DNA of 64,000 nt from Gemmatimonadales bacterium. Lineage in GTDB: Bacteria > Gemmatimonadota > Gemmatimonadetes > Gemmatimonadales > GWC2-71-9. Location of the stretch: contig JBFGJG010000018.1 of the NCBI GenBank assembly GCA_041577295.1, positions 1-64,000 of the forward strand, in the 5' to 3' direction. A program made the translations under genes and the position numbers. Of the stretch, positions 33,541 to 43,249 are shown piece after piece. A model generated the notes under the pieces. That model made no database searches, was not told the DNA's origin, and worked only from the letters and a program-made list of their open reading frames with translations. Each line of letters begins with the position of its first letter. The first letter of the stretch is position 1.

Positions 33541-36500
33541 ATGAATGCAGCCAAATCGAAGGGCGAGATGCCCTTCCTCGACCATCTGGAAGAGCTCCGG
33601 TGGCGCATTCTCTGGAGCCTGGCCGCGCTCCTGGTGGGGAGTATTGTGGGCTTCGTCCTCGTCCAGCAGTTCGACGTCCTCGGTCTGATCAAAGCACCGA
33701 TCAATGCCTATCTTCCGGACGGAAAGCTGTTCATCACGCGGCCCACCGACGCGTTCATCCTGACGCTGAAGCTCGCCGTGATCATCGGGATAGTCCTCGC
33801 CGCCCCGGTACTGCTCGCACAGGCCTGGGCGTTTCTCGCACCCGCCCTGTACGAGCACGAACGCCGCTACATCGTGCCCGCGCTCATCGCCGGCACCGGT
33901 CTGTTCATCTCCGGCGTATTGATGGCCTACCTGTGGGTCTTACCGGCGGCGCTCCGCTTCCTGCTGCGGTTTCAGCGTGCCGATCTCGAGTCGATCATCA
34001 CGGCGAACGAGTATCTCGGGTTCGCTCTCCAATTCATGATCGCGTTTGGGCTGGTCTTTCAGCTCCCGATCTTCATCGTGATGCTGTCGACGTTGGGTTT
34101 GGTGCAACCAGAAACGTTTGCCCGTCAACGACCCATCGCGCTCGTCATCGCCTCCGTGCTCGCGGCACTCATCACGCCGCCAGATGTAATCTCCATGGTG
34201 ATGATGATGATTCCGCTCGTGGTGCTGTACGAGGTTGGCATCCTGATCGCCAAGGTCGTGCGTCGGAGGAAGAAGAAGCCGCCGACAATTGGAGCGGTGT
34301 TGCTGTTCGGTGCGGTGCTCACGGCGGGACCCACGCAATCGATGGCGCAGGAGCCCGGGCGCCCTGCACAGGACACGGTGCGCCAGGGGCAGCTGCCCAG
34401 CGATACACTGCCGCGCCCGCTCGATACCGCTGCTGCCCGCCGGCTCGGTCTTCCGTCGGCACCGAGTCGCAACTTTCCTGCGGCCGACTCGGTGTTGCAG
34501 GCGTTGGCCAGGCTCGAAGGCTATCTCGGAATCCGCTACGCAGCAGACAGCATCACCCTATTTGGTGCATCGCGGGAGGTTTTGCTGAGTGGTTCGGCAC
34601 TCGTCGAGCGAGAGGCGTCGATTCTAGAGGCGGACACCGTCAGCTTTCTGCAGGCTGACTGCCGTCTCCTCGCACGGGGAGATCCCGCACTGTTCGACCA
34701 AGGCACGGTGCTCGTAGGAGCCGGCATGCGCTACGACACCTGCGAATACCGGGGCATCGTGGCTAGCGCGCTTACGAGCTTCGTCCAGTCGGGTGTGACG
34801 TGGTATCTACGGGGAGGAATTGGCGTCGACTCGGCCTCGGTACGCGTCTATGGCGGATCGAGCGCGGTGACGAGTTGCGACCTGCCATCGCCGCACTACC
34901 ATTTCGCCTCCGGCCGCATCAAGTGGGTCTCGAACACGATCATGGTAGCTCGGCCCGCCGTCTTGTACGTGCAAGACGTCCCGATCATGTGGCTGCCGTT
35001 CATCTTTCAGGACATGCGCCAAGGGCGCCGCAGTGGGTTTCTCATTCCACGGTTCGGGGTTGCGGATCTGATCAGGCCGAATCGCGGGTACGAGCGCGCG
35101 ATCAGCAACATTGGTTTTTACTTTGCGCTGAGCGATTACACGGATGTTCAGGCATCGTTCGATTGGTTTTCGGGAAACTACAAAGCGGTCAACGGACAGT
35201 TTCGCTATCGCTGGTTGGATCGCTTTCTTGCGGGTGGCCTGTCGGTTTCCCGAATCTTCGAATCCGGCGAGGGTGATCTGCCCGGTGCGAAGTCGCTGCG
35301 ACTCCAGTGGAACCATCAGCAGAGTTTCGATGCGGCCACCCGGTTCACGACCAGCGTCGACTACGCAACCAGCGCCCGCGTCGTTCAGCGCAACACGGTC
35401 GATCCGTTGGTGCAGACGGCTAACCTCAACAGCCGTGGCTCGTTCAACAAACAGTTCTCGTGGGGAACGTTGACTCTCGGTGGAAGCCGGTCCCAAGATC
35501 TCAGCAACGGTGGCGTGAGTCAGACGCTTCCACAGTTCAGCCTCACGCCGAGGGCGATCAACATCGGGGAAGCGCTGACCTGGTCGCCCTCGCTGTCGTT
35601 CACCAATACCCAGACGCTCGATCAGTCTCCGGGAATCCCGGTGCTCGCGCCGCCGCTCGGGGGGATGGCGCAAGCCGACACGCTGTTTCCAGATACACGC
35701 AACACGCAGCTTTCCTTCCGGACGCCGCTCCGTATTGGTCGGTGGAACTGGTCGAACGACCTTCGGTTCAACGACTTCCACACGACTCGCCCGGAAACGA
35801 TTACGCTGCCCGATCCTGAGAATCCCGATGACAGCATCACGCTGTTCTTCAACGAAGATTTCCGCACGGAGCTCGACTGGAATACCAGCATCAACCTTCC
35901 CACCGTGTTTCCCTCGACCTGGAAGGTGCAGCCGTCGTTCGGGATTCGAAACACCACCGGTGGGCCGTTTCTGCTACGCAACCGGTTCACCAATGGCGAC
36001 TTCGTGAGCCAGGGGAAGCGGTTTACGTTCGGCGCGAGCGTCACACCCACTGTCTTCGGGTTCTTTCCCGGTTTTGGACCGATCCAGCGCATTCGACACG
36101 CGTTCTCACCAGTCATCAACTGGAGTTACGCGCCGGCCGCCACGGTTCCGGAAGCGTTTCACCGCGCCATCGATCCCACGGGTCGCACACCGCGACGGAG
36201 CCCGGCCCTCCACACGGTGAGCGCCTCACTCTTTCAGACGTTCGAAGCCAAGCTCAAGCCCCCGGCTGACGACACGACCGGACAAGCGGAGCCGCGCAAG
36301 CTCAAGCTGCTCACGATCCAAACGTCGGCTATCTCGTTCGACTTCATTCAGGCAAAGGAGCCGGGGCGTCGCGGCTGGACCACGCAAACCCTCACGAATC
36401 GCTTCACGAGCGATCTCCTTCCGGGGTTCACCATCTCGGCGACGCACGATCTGTGGGATGGACCGGTACGCGACGATACCACCGACTTCGATCCGTTTCT

Positions 36501-37050
36501 CACAAACGTCTCCGCGCGCTTTAGCCTCACAGGCCGCACGATCGCGGGCGTGCTTGGACTCATCACGGGCAGAGACCCCAAGCCAGACGAAGGGCCGGGG
36601 CAGCAGGGCATCCCGAGCCCTGAGGAGTTCATTCAACCGGCTGGCACCGGCCTCGGCCCCGCGCGGGGACTCGATCCGACGATTGACCGCCTCGGGTCCG
36701 GCCCACCGGGCCGCAGCGGGTTTCGCGCGTCTGTTTCCTATGACGAACGACGCACGCGACCACGCGACGATGGCGTCACGACGACCACCGGAGATACACG
36801 CACACTCGGGTTCAACATCAGCTTTCAACCGACCCAGAACTGGTCGGTTTCGTGGAACACCCAGTACAACATCACCACGAAGGACTTTGGTCAGCACGTG
36901 CTGAGGCTCGACCGCGACCTCCACCGGTGGCGCGCGACGTTCTCGTTCGTCCAAGCACCAAACGGAAACGTCGCGTTCAACTTCTTCGTGTCGCTCCTGG
37001 ATCAGCCGGAGATCAAGTTCCAGTACGATCAGCGGTCGGTTTCACGCTGA
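33541..37050 (+). CDS. tatC/lptD: TatC-LptD fusion protein: TatC (aa 1-~240), internal signal-peptide-like segment (aa 241-269), LptD-like OM barrel (aa 270-1169)
   Basis: EMPFLDHLEELRWR, FLAPALYEHERR, FGLVFQLP, ITPPD, LYEVGI (TatC); then TSCDLPSPHYHF, ARPAVLYVQDVPIMWLPF, RRSGFLIPRFG, RDLHRW (LptD). No stop codon between the two parts. Confidence 0.9.
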   Translation: MNAAKSKGEMPFLDHLEELRWRILWSLAALLVGSIVGFVLVQQFDVLGLIKAPINAYLPDGKLFITRPTDAFILTLKLAVIIGIVLAAPVLLAQAWAFLAPALYEHERRYIVPALIAGTGLFISGVLMAYLWVLPAALRFLLRFQRADLESIITANEYLGFALQFMIAFGLVFQLPIFIVMLSTLGLVQPETFARQRPIALVIASVLAALITPPDVISMVMMMIPLVVLYEVGILIAKVVRRRKKKPPTIGAVLLFGAVLTAGPTQSMAQEPGRPAQDTVRQGQLPSDTLPRPLDTAAARRLGLPSAPSRNFPAADSVLQALARLEGYLGIRYAADSITLFGASREVLLSGSALVEREASILEADTVSFLQADCRLLARGDPALFDQGTVLVGAGMRYDTCEYRGIVASALTSFVQSGVTWYLRGGIGVDSASVRVYGGSSAVTSCDLPSPHYHFASGRIKWVSNTIMVARPAVLYVQDVPIMWLPFIFQDMRQGRRSGFLIPRFGVADLIRPNRGYERAISNIGFYFALSDYTDVQASFDWFSGNYKAVNGQFRYRWLDRFLAGGLSVSRIFESGEGDLPGAKSLRLQWNHQQSFDAATRFTTSVDYATSARVVQRNTVDPLVQTANLNSRGSFNKQFSWGTLTLGGSRSQDLSNGGVSQTLPQFSLTPRAINIGEALTWSPSLSFTNTQTLDQSPGIPVLAPPLGGMAQADTLFPDTRNTQLSFRTPLRIGRWNWSNDLRFNDFHTTRPETITLPDPENPDDSITLFFNEDFRTELDWNTSINLPTVFPSTWKVQPSFGIRNTTGGPFLLRNRFTNGDFVSQGKRFTFGASVTPTVFGFFPGFGPIQRIRHAFSPVINWSYAPAATVPEAFHRAIDPTGRTPRRSPALHTVSASLFQTFEAKLKPPADDTTGQAEPRKLKLLTIQTSAISFDFIQAKEPGRRGWTTQTLTNRFTSDLLPGFTISATHDLWDGPVRDDTTDFDPFLTNVSARFSLTGRTIAGVLGLITGRDPKPDEGPGQQGIPSPEEFIQPAGTGLGPARGLDPTIDRLGSGPPGRSGFRASVSYDERRTRPRDDGVTTTTGDTRTLGFNISFQPTQNWSVSWNTQYNITTKDFGQHVLRLDRDLHRWRATFSFVQAPNGNVAFNFFVSLLDQPEIKFQYDQRSVSR

Positions 37051-37188
37051 GGGGTAGAGGGCCGCACCGGCGGATCCGCAGGATCGGGAGAAACGGCCGC
37101 GGCTGCATCTGGCCCGTCAGCCTCCTGTGCCGCTTCCGCCCCGGTTCTCCTCCCCACATCTCTCGCCTTTTCCACCGATCCCCTCCTC

Positions 37189-37287
37189 GTGTCCCCGAAT
37201 GAGGACACAGGCCCGCTGCTATCACTTCACGTAAGTGATTGCAATAAAATGTATTACGCGGTTTTTCACGATTGGCACGACGCCTGC
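37189..37287 (+). promoter_or_regulatory. sigma54-type promoter with upstream palindromic UAS and IHF-like site
   Basis: TTGGCACGACGCCTGC (GG 37274-75, GC 37286-87, 10-nt spacing); AT-rich TAAGTGATTGCAAT at 37232; palindrome GTGTCC-N8-GGACAC at 37189-37208. Confidence 0.75.
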
Positions 37288-37323
37288 CTTTCAGTGAAGT
37301 AGTCAGAGATCGCGGAGGCGGTT

Positions 37324-38478
37324 ATGCGACGAGTTTTTGTGGGAGCCATGGTGGTGGTGGTGGGTGCGTGTACTGAAACGCTCGCCCCGCTGCTGGAACC
37401 GCCGACGAACCTCAGCTACGAGTTGGAGCCGAGCGGCGATCCGCAGGTGCCATCCGGCATCCTGTTGCGCTGGGATCCCGTAGTGAGTGATCTCTTGCAG
37501 GTATACAGTATCTACTCCCGTGTGGACGATCGTGACGACTTCGATCTTCGCGCGTCGACGACCTCCAGCACGTTCCACGACCGTGGGGTTCCGGATCTCG
37601 AGTATTACGTTGTCGCCGTCGATGTCGACGGGGCAGAGAGCCGTCCCAGTAACACGGTGCGCGTCGACGAGCGACTCCGGTTGGAATCACCGTCCAGCCT
37701 GACCAGTACTAGTCTCAACGGAGCGATCCACCTGGCGTGGTCGGACAACCCGTTCCGGTCCGCGCCAGATGGGTTCCGGCAATACCGCGTCTACAGCACG
37801 TCGTTTTCACTCGACGACGGGTTGTGTGGCGCGACCTGGTTTCTCGAGGGGACGACCGTGGCGCCCGAGTTTCTCGCGGGTGCCCTGGTCAATGGTGCAC
37901 CACGGTGCTTCGGCGTTTCGGCCGAGAGCATCGAAGGCTGGGAGAGCCTGTGGTCACCGCTACGGGCAGATACCCCGCGGCCCGACGCGCGGAACGTCCT
38001 TATGTACGCGTTCCAGGCAGACGAGACTCGGAGCGGATTCCGTTTCTTTCAGGATGCCAATGGCGATGGCCAGGTTGGTGCTCTGGAGTTGGGCATCGTG
38101 GCGGACGGGAACCGAACCGATATCGACTTCTGGGTAGATCGCGACGGCAACGGAGATTTCTTCTTCGTACCAGAGCGGCCCGGGACCGAGATCGCGCTGT
38201 ACAGCAGCCAGCCGATCGATGACTTGACCTCGATTGACATCGCGCCGGAAACCGGGTTCAGTCGCCAGGCGATTCAAGCGGTTCCCGGATTTGGGTACGT
38301 ATTCCAAATGGACGGTGGCGATGGTTTCGCCCGCTTCGGTGCCATCCGGGTGACGCATGTCGGACAGGACTTCATGATCTTCGATTGGAGCTACCAGACC
38401 GATCCGGGGAATCCCGAACTCTCGGTTGGTGGCGGTCTCAAGCTCTTCGAAGGTGGCATCACCGTGGTGAAGCAATGA
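37324..38478 (+). CDS. Hypothetical lipoprotein with fibronectin-III-like domains
   Basis: Lipobox VGAC; PPTNL..LRWD..Y.IY..YYVVAVD..ES.PS (Fn3-like, twice); DxDGDG-like loops; GGAGG SD. Confidence 0.75.
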   Translation: MRRVFVGAMVVVVGACTETLAPLLEPPTNLSYELEPSGDPQVPSGILLRWDPVVSDLLQVYSIYSRVDDRDDFDLRASTTSSTFHDRGVPDLEYYVVAVDVDGAESRPSNTVRVDERLRLESPSSLTSTSLNGAIHLAWSDNPFRSAPDGFRQYRVYSTSFSLDDGLCGATWFLEGTTVAPEFLAGALVNGAPRCFGVSAESIEGWESLWSPLRADTPRPDARNVLMYAFQADETRSGFRFFQDANGDGQVGALELGIVADGNRTDIDFWVDRDGNGDFFFVPERPGTEIALYSSQPIDDLTSIDIAPETGFSRQAIQAVPGFGYVFQMDGGDGFARFGAIRVTHVGQDFMIFDWSYQTDPGNPELSVGGGLKLFEGGITVVKQ

Positions 38479-38730
38479 GCAGCGAGCAGTTCGCCGTGAG
38501 CTGGTAGGCAGTGGGGTCTTCCGACCGTCCGTCATAGCTCTCCGTCAACACCCTGTGTCGGAGGCCCCACGGCCCACTCCTTCCACTTCCTCGCTGAGGA
38601 GTGAGCAGTTGGCAGAACCAGTTGGGCGGGCTTTGCTCCCGTCTCCAAGAAGGAGTGAGGCATAAGGAGTGAGGAGGGAATAGTTGTTTCCCACTCACCA
38701 CGCACCACTCACCGTTCCGCACGCACCACG
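38474..38730. repeat. Degenerate heptamer tandem repeats (purine-rich then pyrimidine-rich arms)
   Basis: CAATGAG CAGCGAG CAGTTCG CCGTGAG ...; GAGTGAG units; CACTCAC CACGCAC CACTCAC CGTTCCG CACGCAC. Confidence 0.65.
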
Positions 38731-38744
38731 TATATTCTCCCACC

Positions 38745-40265
38745 ATGCAAGGCGTCGTGCTCACCGGAGATGCGCTCACCATCGACGATCTCGTTGCGGT
38801 CGCACGTGGTGGAGCACCGGTGCAGATTGCGTCCGATGCCGCCGCACGGGCGGACCGCTCGCGCGCCGCTGTTCAGCGGATGGTCGATCGAGGTGACGTG
38901 ATCTACGGGGTCAATACGGGGTTCGGCCGGCTCGCAAGCGAGCGGATCCCCGCCGACAAGATCCGCGAGCTTCAGCGCAACCTCATTCGTAGCCACGCCT
39001 CAGGTGTCGGCGATCCGCTTCCCATCGATGTCGTTCGGGCGATGATGTTGCTCCGCGCCAATGTGCTGCTGCGCCCGACCAGCGGCGTGCGCTCACTATT
39101 GGCAGCTCGCCTGGCGGACCTGCTCAACGCGGGGGTGCATCCCATCGTCCCGGAGCAGGGCAGTGTGGGCGCCAGTGGAGATCTTGCACCGCTTTCGCAC
39201 ATGGCGCTCGCGCTCATGGGAGAGGGCGAGGTCGATGTCGCAGCACCCGCTGCGTTGCAGGTGGCACCGCGACGGTCACCGGCGGTTGCAGCCCTCACGG
39301 AGGCTGGAATTGAGCCGGTGAAGCTGGAGGCGAAAGAGGGCCTCGCCTTCATCAATGGTACCCAGGCGCAGTCAGCAATCCTGGCGCTGCTCGTGCATGA
39401 CGGGCGGGACCTGTGGCGCACGGCACACGGCGCGGCCGCGATGAGCATCGAAGCGCTGCTCGGCACACCGGTTCCCTTCGAACAACGCATTCACGATGTG
39501 CGCCCACATCGGGGCCAACACCGCTCTGCGCAACTCCTGCGAGAGTTGATCGAGGGGAGCGAGATCCGAGAGTCACACCGTGAAGCCGACCCGCGCGTGC
39601 AGGACGCCTATAGCCTCCGTTGCGCGCCACAGATTCTCGGTTCGGTAGGCGACGCGATCGAGTTTGCGGCAGGTACGGTCGCGGTGGAGTTGAACGCGGC
39701 GACTGACAATCCGCTAGTGTTCGGCGAGGAGGTGGTTTCTGGCGGAAACTTCCACGGTCAACCCGTCGCCTTGGCGCTGGATGTCTTGGCGATCGCACTG
39801 ACCACGCTCGCCGGCGTGGCGGAGCGCCGGATCGAGCGTTTGGTCAACCCAGATCTATCCCAGGGGCTTCCACCGTTTCTGACCAATGGGGCGGGACTGC
39901 AGTCCGGCATGATGATGGTGCAAATCACGGCAGCGGCACTCGTCGCGGAGTGCCGCGCGCTATGTACGCCGGCCAGCGTACAGTCCATTCCCACGGATGC
40001 AAACCAGGAAGACTTCGTGCCCATGGGCATGGCGGCCGCGTTCAAGACGCGCCGTATCCTGGCAAACGCCCGGCGGGTGGTGGCCGCCGAGTTGCTTGCG
40101 GCGTGTCAGGCGCTCGAGTACCGCAAGCCGCTTCGTCCGGGTCGCACCGTGCTTGATGTGTACTGCCGCGTCCGCGAGATCGTGCCGCCGCTGGTGGATG
40201 ATCGACCACTCACCGCCGATCTCGAAGCGATCGCAGCGCTGGTTGCCCGAGAGGCGTTGGTATGA
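38745..40265 (+). CDS. hutH: Histidine ammonia-lyase
   Basis: [11 protein letters not shown] motif [27 protein letters not shown]. Confidence 0.95.
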   Translation: MQGVVLTGDALTIDDLVAVARGGAPVQIASDAAARADRSRAAVQRMVDRGDVIYGVNTGFGRLASERIPADKIRELQRNLIRSHASGVGDPLPIDVVRAMMLLRANVLLRPTSGVRSLLAARLADLLNAGVHPIVPEQGSVGASGDLAPLSHMALALMGEGEVDVAAPAALQVAPRRSPAVAALTEAGIEPVKLEAKEGLAFINGTQAQSAILALLVHDGRDLWRTAHGAAAMSIEALLGTPVPFEQRIHDVRPHRGQHRSAQLLRELIEGSEIRESHREADPRVQDAYSLRCAPQILGSVGDAIEFAAGTVAVELNAATDNPLVFGEEVVSGGNFHGQPVALALDVLAIALTTLAGVAERRIERLVNPDLSQGLPPFLTNGAGLQSGMMMVQITAAALVAECRALCTPASVQSIPTDANQEDFVPMGMAAAFKTRRILANARRVVAAELLAACQALEYRKPLRPGRTVLDVYCRVREIVPPLVDDRPLTADLEAIAALVAREALV

Positions 40266-41935
40266 CGGATACGCTCGCTGGACGCACGGTTCGAGCGCCA
40301 CGCGGCGCTGCTCGTTCCTGTCGCGGATGGATACAGGAAGCGGCGCTGCGCATGCTGATGAACAATCTCGATCCCCAGGTCGCCGAGCGACCCCAGGATC
40401 TCGTGGTCTACGGCGGCACCGGAAGGGCTGCGCGTAGCTGGGCCGCGTTCGACGCGATTTGTGCGACGCTCCGCTCGCTGGACAACGACGAGACACTCTT
40501 GGTGCAGTCGGGCAAACCCGTGGGCGTGTTCACCACACATGAGGACGCGCCGCGCGTGCTGATCGCCAACTCCAACTTGGTGGGCCGCTGGGCAACGTGG
40601 GACCAGTTTCGTCGGCTCGAACGCGCTGGGCTCACGATGTACGGTCAGATGACGGCCGGCAGCTGGATCTACATCGGGACACAAGGAATTCTGCAGGGCA
40701 CCTACGAGACGTTTGGCGCCGTTGGCACGACGCACTTTGGCGGCTCACTGCGGGGACGGCTGGTCGTGACCGGTGGGCTCGGCGGAATGGGCGGCGCGCA
40801 GCCACTGGCGGCCACGATGAACGGCGCCGCCATGCTGGCCGTCGAGGTGGATCCCGAGCGCATCCGCCGCCGCTTGGAGACGCGGTATCTCGATGCGATG
40901 ACCGAGTCCCTCGACAACGCATGGCAGCAAGTCTCGGTGGCACGCGAACGCGGGGAGGCGTTCTCTGTCGGCTTGGTAGGCAACTGTGCTGACGTGCTCC
41001 CCGAGCTCGTGCGGCGAGGATGGGTACCCGATGTGCTGACAGATCAGACCTCAGCGCACGACACGCTCGGAGGATACGTGCCCGCGGGGATGCCGCTCGA
41101 GACAGCGCTCCGGTTGCGAGAATCCAATCCGGAGGAGTACGTGCGACGGGCCACGGCGTCGATCGCGACCCACGTGCAGGCCATGCTGGACTTGCGGGCG
41201 CGCGGCGCGGTGACGTTCGACTATGGCAACAACATCCGGACGGAGGCGTTGGACGCGGGTGTGGAAAACGCCTTTGACATTCCTGGCTTTGTGCCTGCGT
41301 ACGTCCGTCCGCTGTTCTGTCAGGGTCGCGGGCCGTTTCGCTGGGTAGCGCTGTCCGGTGATGCCGACGATCTCCACCGGACGGACGAACTCGTACTGGA
41401 GCTTTTCCCGGAGAACGAACACCTGACGCGATGGATCCGGCTCGCGCGCCAGCGGGTCGCCTTTCAGGGGCTCCCGGCGCGCATCTGCTGGCTGGGTCAG
41501 GGCGAGCGCGCCCGTTTTGGGTGCGCCATGAACGAGCTCGTCGCCAGTGGCGAGCTCTCGGCACCGATCGTGATCGGCCGCGATCACCTCGACACCGGGT
41601 CGGTGGCCTCGCCGTTCCGCGAAACCGAGGGGATGCGCGATGGGTCCGATGCAATCGCCGATTGGCCCATCCTCAACGCGCTGCTCAACACCGCATCCGG
41701 TGCGTCATGGGTGTCGTTCCATCACGGTGGTGGCGTGGGAATCGGCAACAGCCTCCACGCGGGACAGGTGATCGTGGCCGATGGAACCCCCACGGGCGCA
41801 CGCCGGGTGGAACGTGTGCTCACCAACGATCCCGGCATCGGTGTGGTGCGTCACGCCGATGCAGGTTATCCGGAGGCCATCGACACGGCACGCGCCCACG
41901 GCCTGCGGCTCCCGATGATGGGAGGAACCGACTGA
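40262..41935 (+). CDS. hutU: Urocanate hydratase
   Basis: [55 protein letters not shown]. Confidence 0.98.
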   Translation: MTDTLAGRTVRAPRGAARSCRGWIQEAALRMLMNNLDPQVAERPQDLVVYGGTGRAARSWAAFDAICATLRSLDNDETLLVQSGKPVGVFTTHEDAPRVLIANSNLVGRWATWDQFRRLERAGLTMYGQMTAGSWIYIGTQGILQGTYETFGAVGTTHFGGSLRGRLVVTGGLGGMGGAQPLAATMNGAAMLAVEVDPERIRRRLETRYLDAMTESLDNAWQQVSVARERGEAFSVGLVGNCADVLPELVRRGWVPDVLTDQTSAHDTLGGYVPAGMPLETALRLRESNPEEYVRRATASIATHVQAMLDLRARGAVTFDYGNNIRTEALDAGVENAFDIPGFVPAYVRPLFCQGRGPFRWVALSGDADDLHRTDELVLELFPENEHLTRWIRLARQRVAFQGLPARICWLGQGERARFGCAMNELVASGELSAPIVIGRDHLDTGSVASPFRETEGMRDGSDAIADWPILNALLNTASGASWVSFHHGGGVGIGNSLHAGQVIVADGTPTGARRVERVLTNDPGIGVVRHADAGYPEAIDTARAHGLRLPMMGGTD

Positions 41936-43209
41936 CCACCCTGCTCGTGGGTGCGACGCAAGTGGTCACATGTCGGGGTCCCGCGCGGGCACGCCGCGGG
42001 GCGGAGATGCGTGAGCTGGAGGTCCTCCAGGACGCTGCGGTACTCATCGGGGACGATCGACGCGTTGCCGCCGTCGGGCCGTACCGCGATGTACGCGAAG
42101 ACGCCGGGGATGGGGTCGTGGTCCAGGAGATCGAAGGTGTGCTTTTCCCCGGGTTCGTGGACGCTCATACGCACGGTGTCTTTGGGGCGATTCGCACAGC
42201 GGACCACGAGCGTCGCGCCCGGGGCGAGACGTACCAGGCAATCGCTGCGGCGGGCGGTGGGATTCTCTCGACGGTCCGCGATGTCCGTCGGCGCACTGCT
42301 GAGGAGTTGGCCGACCTCACGCGTCGTCGGCTTCGCCATCTGCTCGCGCTCGGATCCACCACGGTGGAAATCAAATCCGGGTACGGCCTGTCCACATCGG
42401 CTGAACTCAAGCAACTCCAAGTCATTGCCGATCTCTCAACGCATTCAGCGGAAGTCCCGGCGCTGGTCCCGACGTTCTTGGGCGCGCACGAATTCCCTGA
42501 AGACTTTCGCGATCGGCGCGACGAGTTCGTCCGCCTCGTGGTTGAGGAGATGTTGCCAGCGGTCGCGCGGCAAGGAGTCGCACGGTTTTGCGATGTGTTC
42601 TGCGAGCCCGGTGTCTACACACCGGGGCAATCCCGGCGCGTGCTAGAGGCGGGCCAACGTCACGGGCTGCGGCCCAAGATCCACGCAGACGAGTTGGAAG
42701 GATCGGGTGGCGCGGAGCTCGCCGTGGACGTTGGAGCCGTGAGCGCCGATCACCTGGCCGCGGTTTCGGAGCGAGGGATCGCCGCCCTGGCGCGGAGCGA
42801 GACCGTGGCCGTCCTGCTGCCGGGAACGATGCTGTTTCTCGGGAAGCGTCAACAAGCCCCGGCCCGTCGGTTGGTGGACGCGGGCGCCGCCGTGGGGCTC
42901 GCAACCGACTTCAACCCGGGGAGCTCCCCCGGCATGAGCCTTCCGTTCATGGCGACGCTCGGGGTATCCCAACTCGGGCTCCTGCCCGCGGAAGCGATCG
43001 TGGCGATCACCGTGAATGGAGCGGCCGCGGTGGGCTTGGCCGCGGATCGGGGTCAGATCGCCACGGGGTTCCGCGCGGATCTGACCCTGATCACGGCGAA
43101 AGATTGGCGGGAACTCCCATATTGGTACGGCACCAATCTCGTCACCCAGGTGTGGGTCAACGGCTTGGCTTGTCACCCCGGGAGGGGTTCTCTACCTTAC
43201 TTAGTTTGA
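41932..43209 (+). CDS. hutI: Imidazolonepropionase (probable CTG start)
   Basis: [50 protein letters not shown] overlaps the hutU TGA with GGAGGA SD. Confidence 0.93.
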   Translation: MTTLLVGATQVVTCRGPARARRGAEMRELEVLQDAAVLIGDDRRVAAVGPYRDVREDAGDGVVVQEIEGVLFPGFVDAHTHGVFGAIRTADHERRARGETYQAIAAAGGGILSTVRDVRRRTAEELADLTRRRLRHLLALGSTTVEIKSGYGLSTSAELKQLQVIADLSTHSAEVPALVPTFLGAHEFPEDFRDRRDEFVRLVVEEMLPAVARQGVARFCDVFCEPGVYTPGQSRRVLEAGQRHGLRPKIHADELEGSGGAELAVDVGAVSADHLAAVSERGIAALARSETVAVLLPGTMLFLGKRQQAPARRLVDAGAAVGLATDFNPGSSPGMSLPFMATLGVSQLGLLPAEAIVAITVNGAAAVGLAADRGQIATGFRADLTLITAKDWRELPYWYGTNLVTQVWVNGLACHPGRGSLPYLV

Positions 43210-43249
43210 AAGCGTTACCGCACATGCCTCCAACGCGACGAGGTCCGGT

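Noticed and set aside
34258..34347. Twin-arginine (Tat) signal for LptD at VRRRKKK
   Set aside because: Lacks the S/T-R-R-x-F-L-K consensus; fits a Sec n-region or positive-inside TatC tail better.
38479..38744. CRISPR array or IS in the repeat-rich spacer
   Set aside because: Repeats are degenerate 7-mers without a repeat-spacer period; no cas or transposase genes.
41431..41931. N-terminal extension of HutI in the ORF track (also extended starts for secA, rel, murB, accC and others)
   Set aside because: These overlap upstream genes and are low-complexity; family homology begins at the downstream starts used above.
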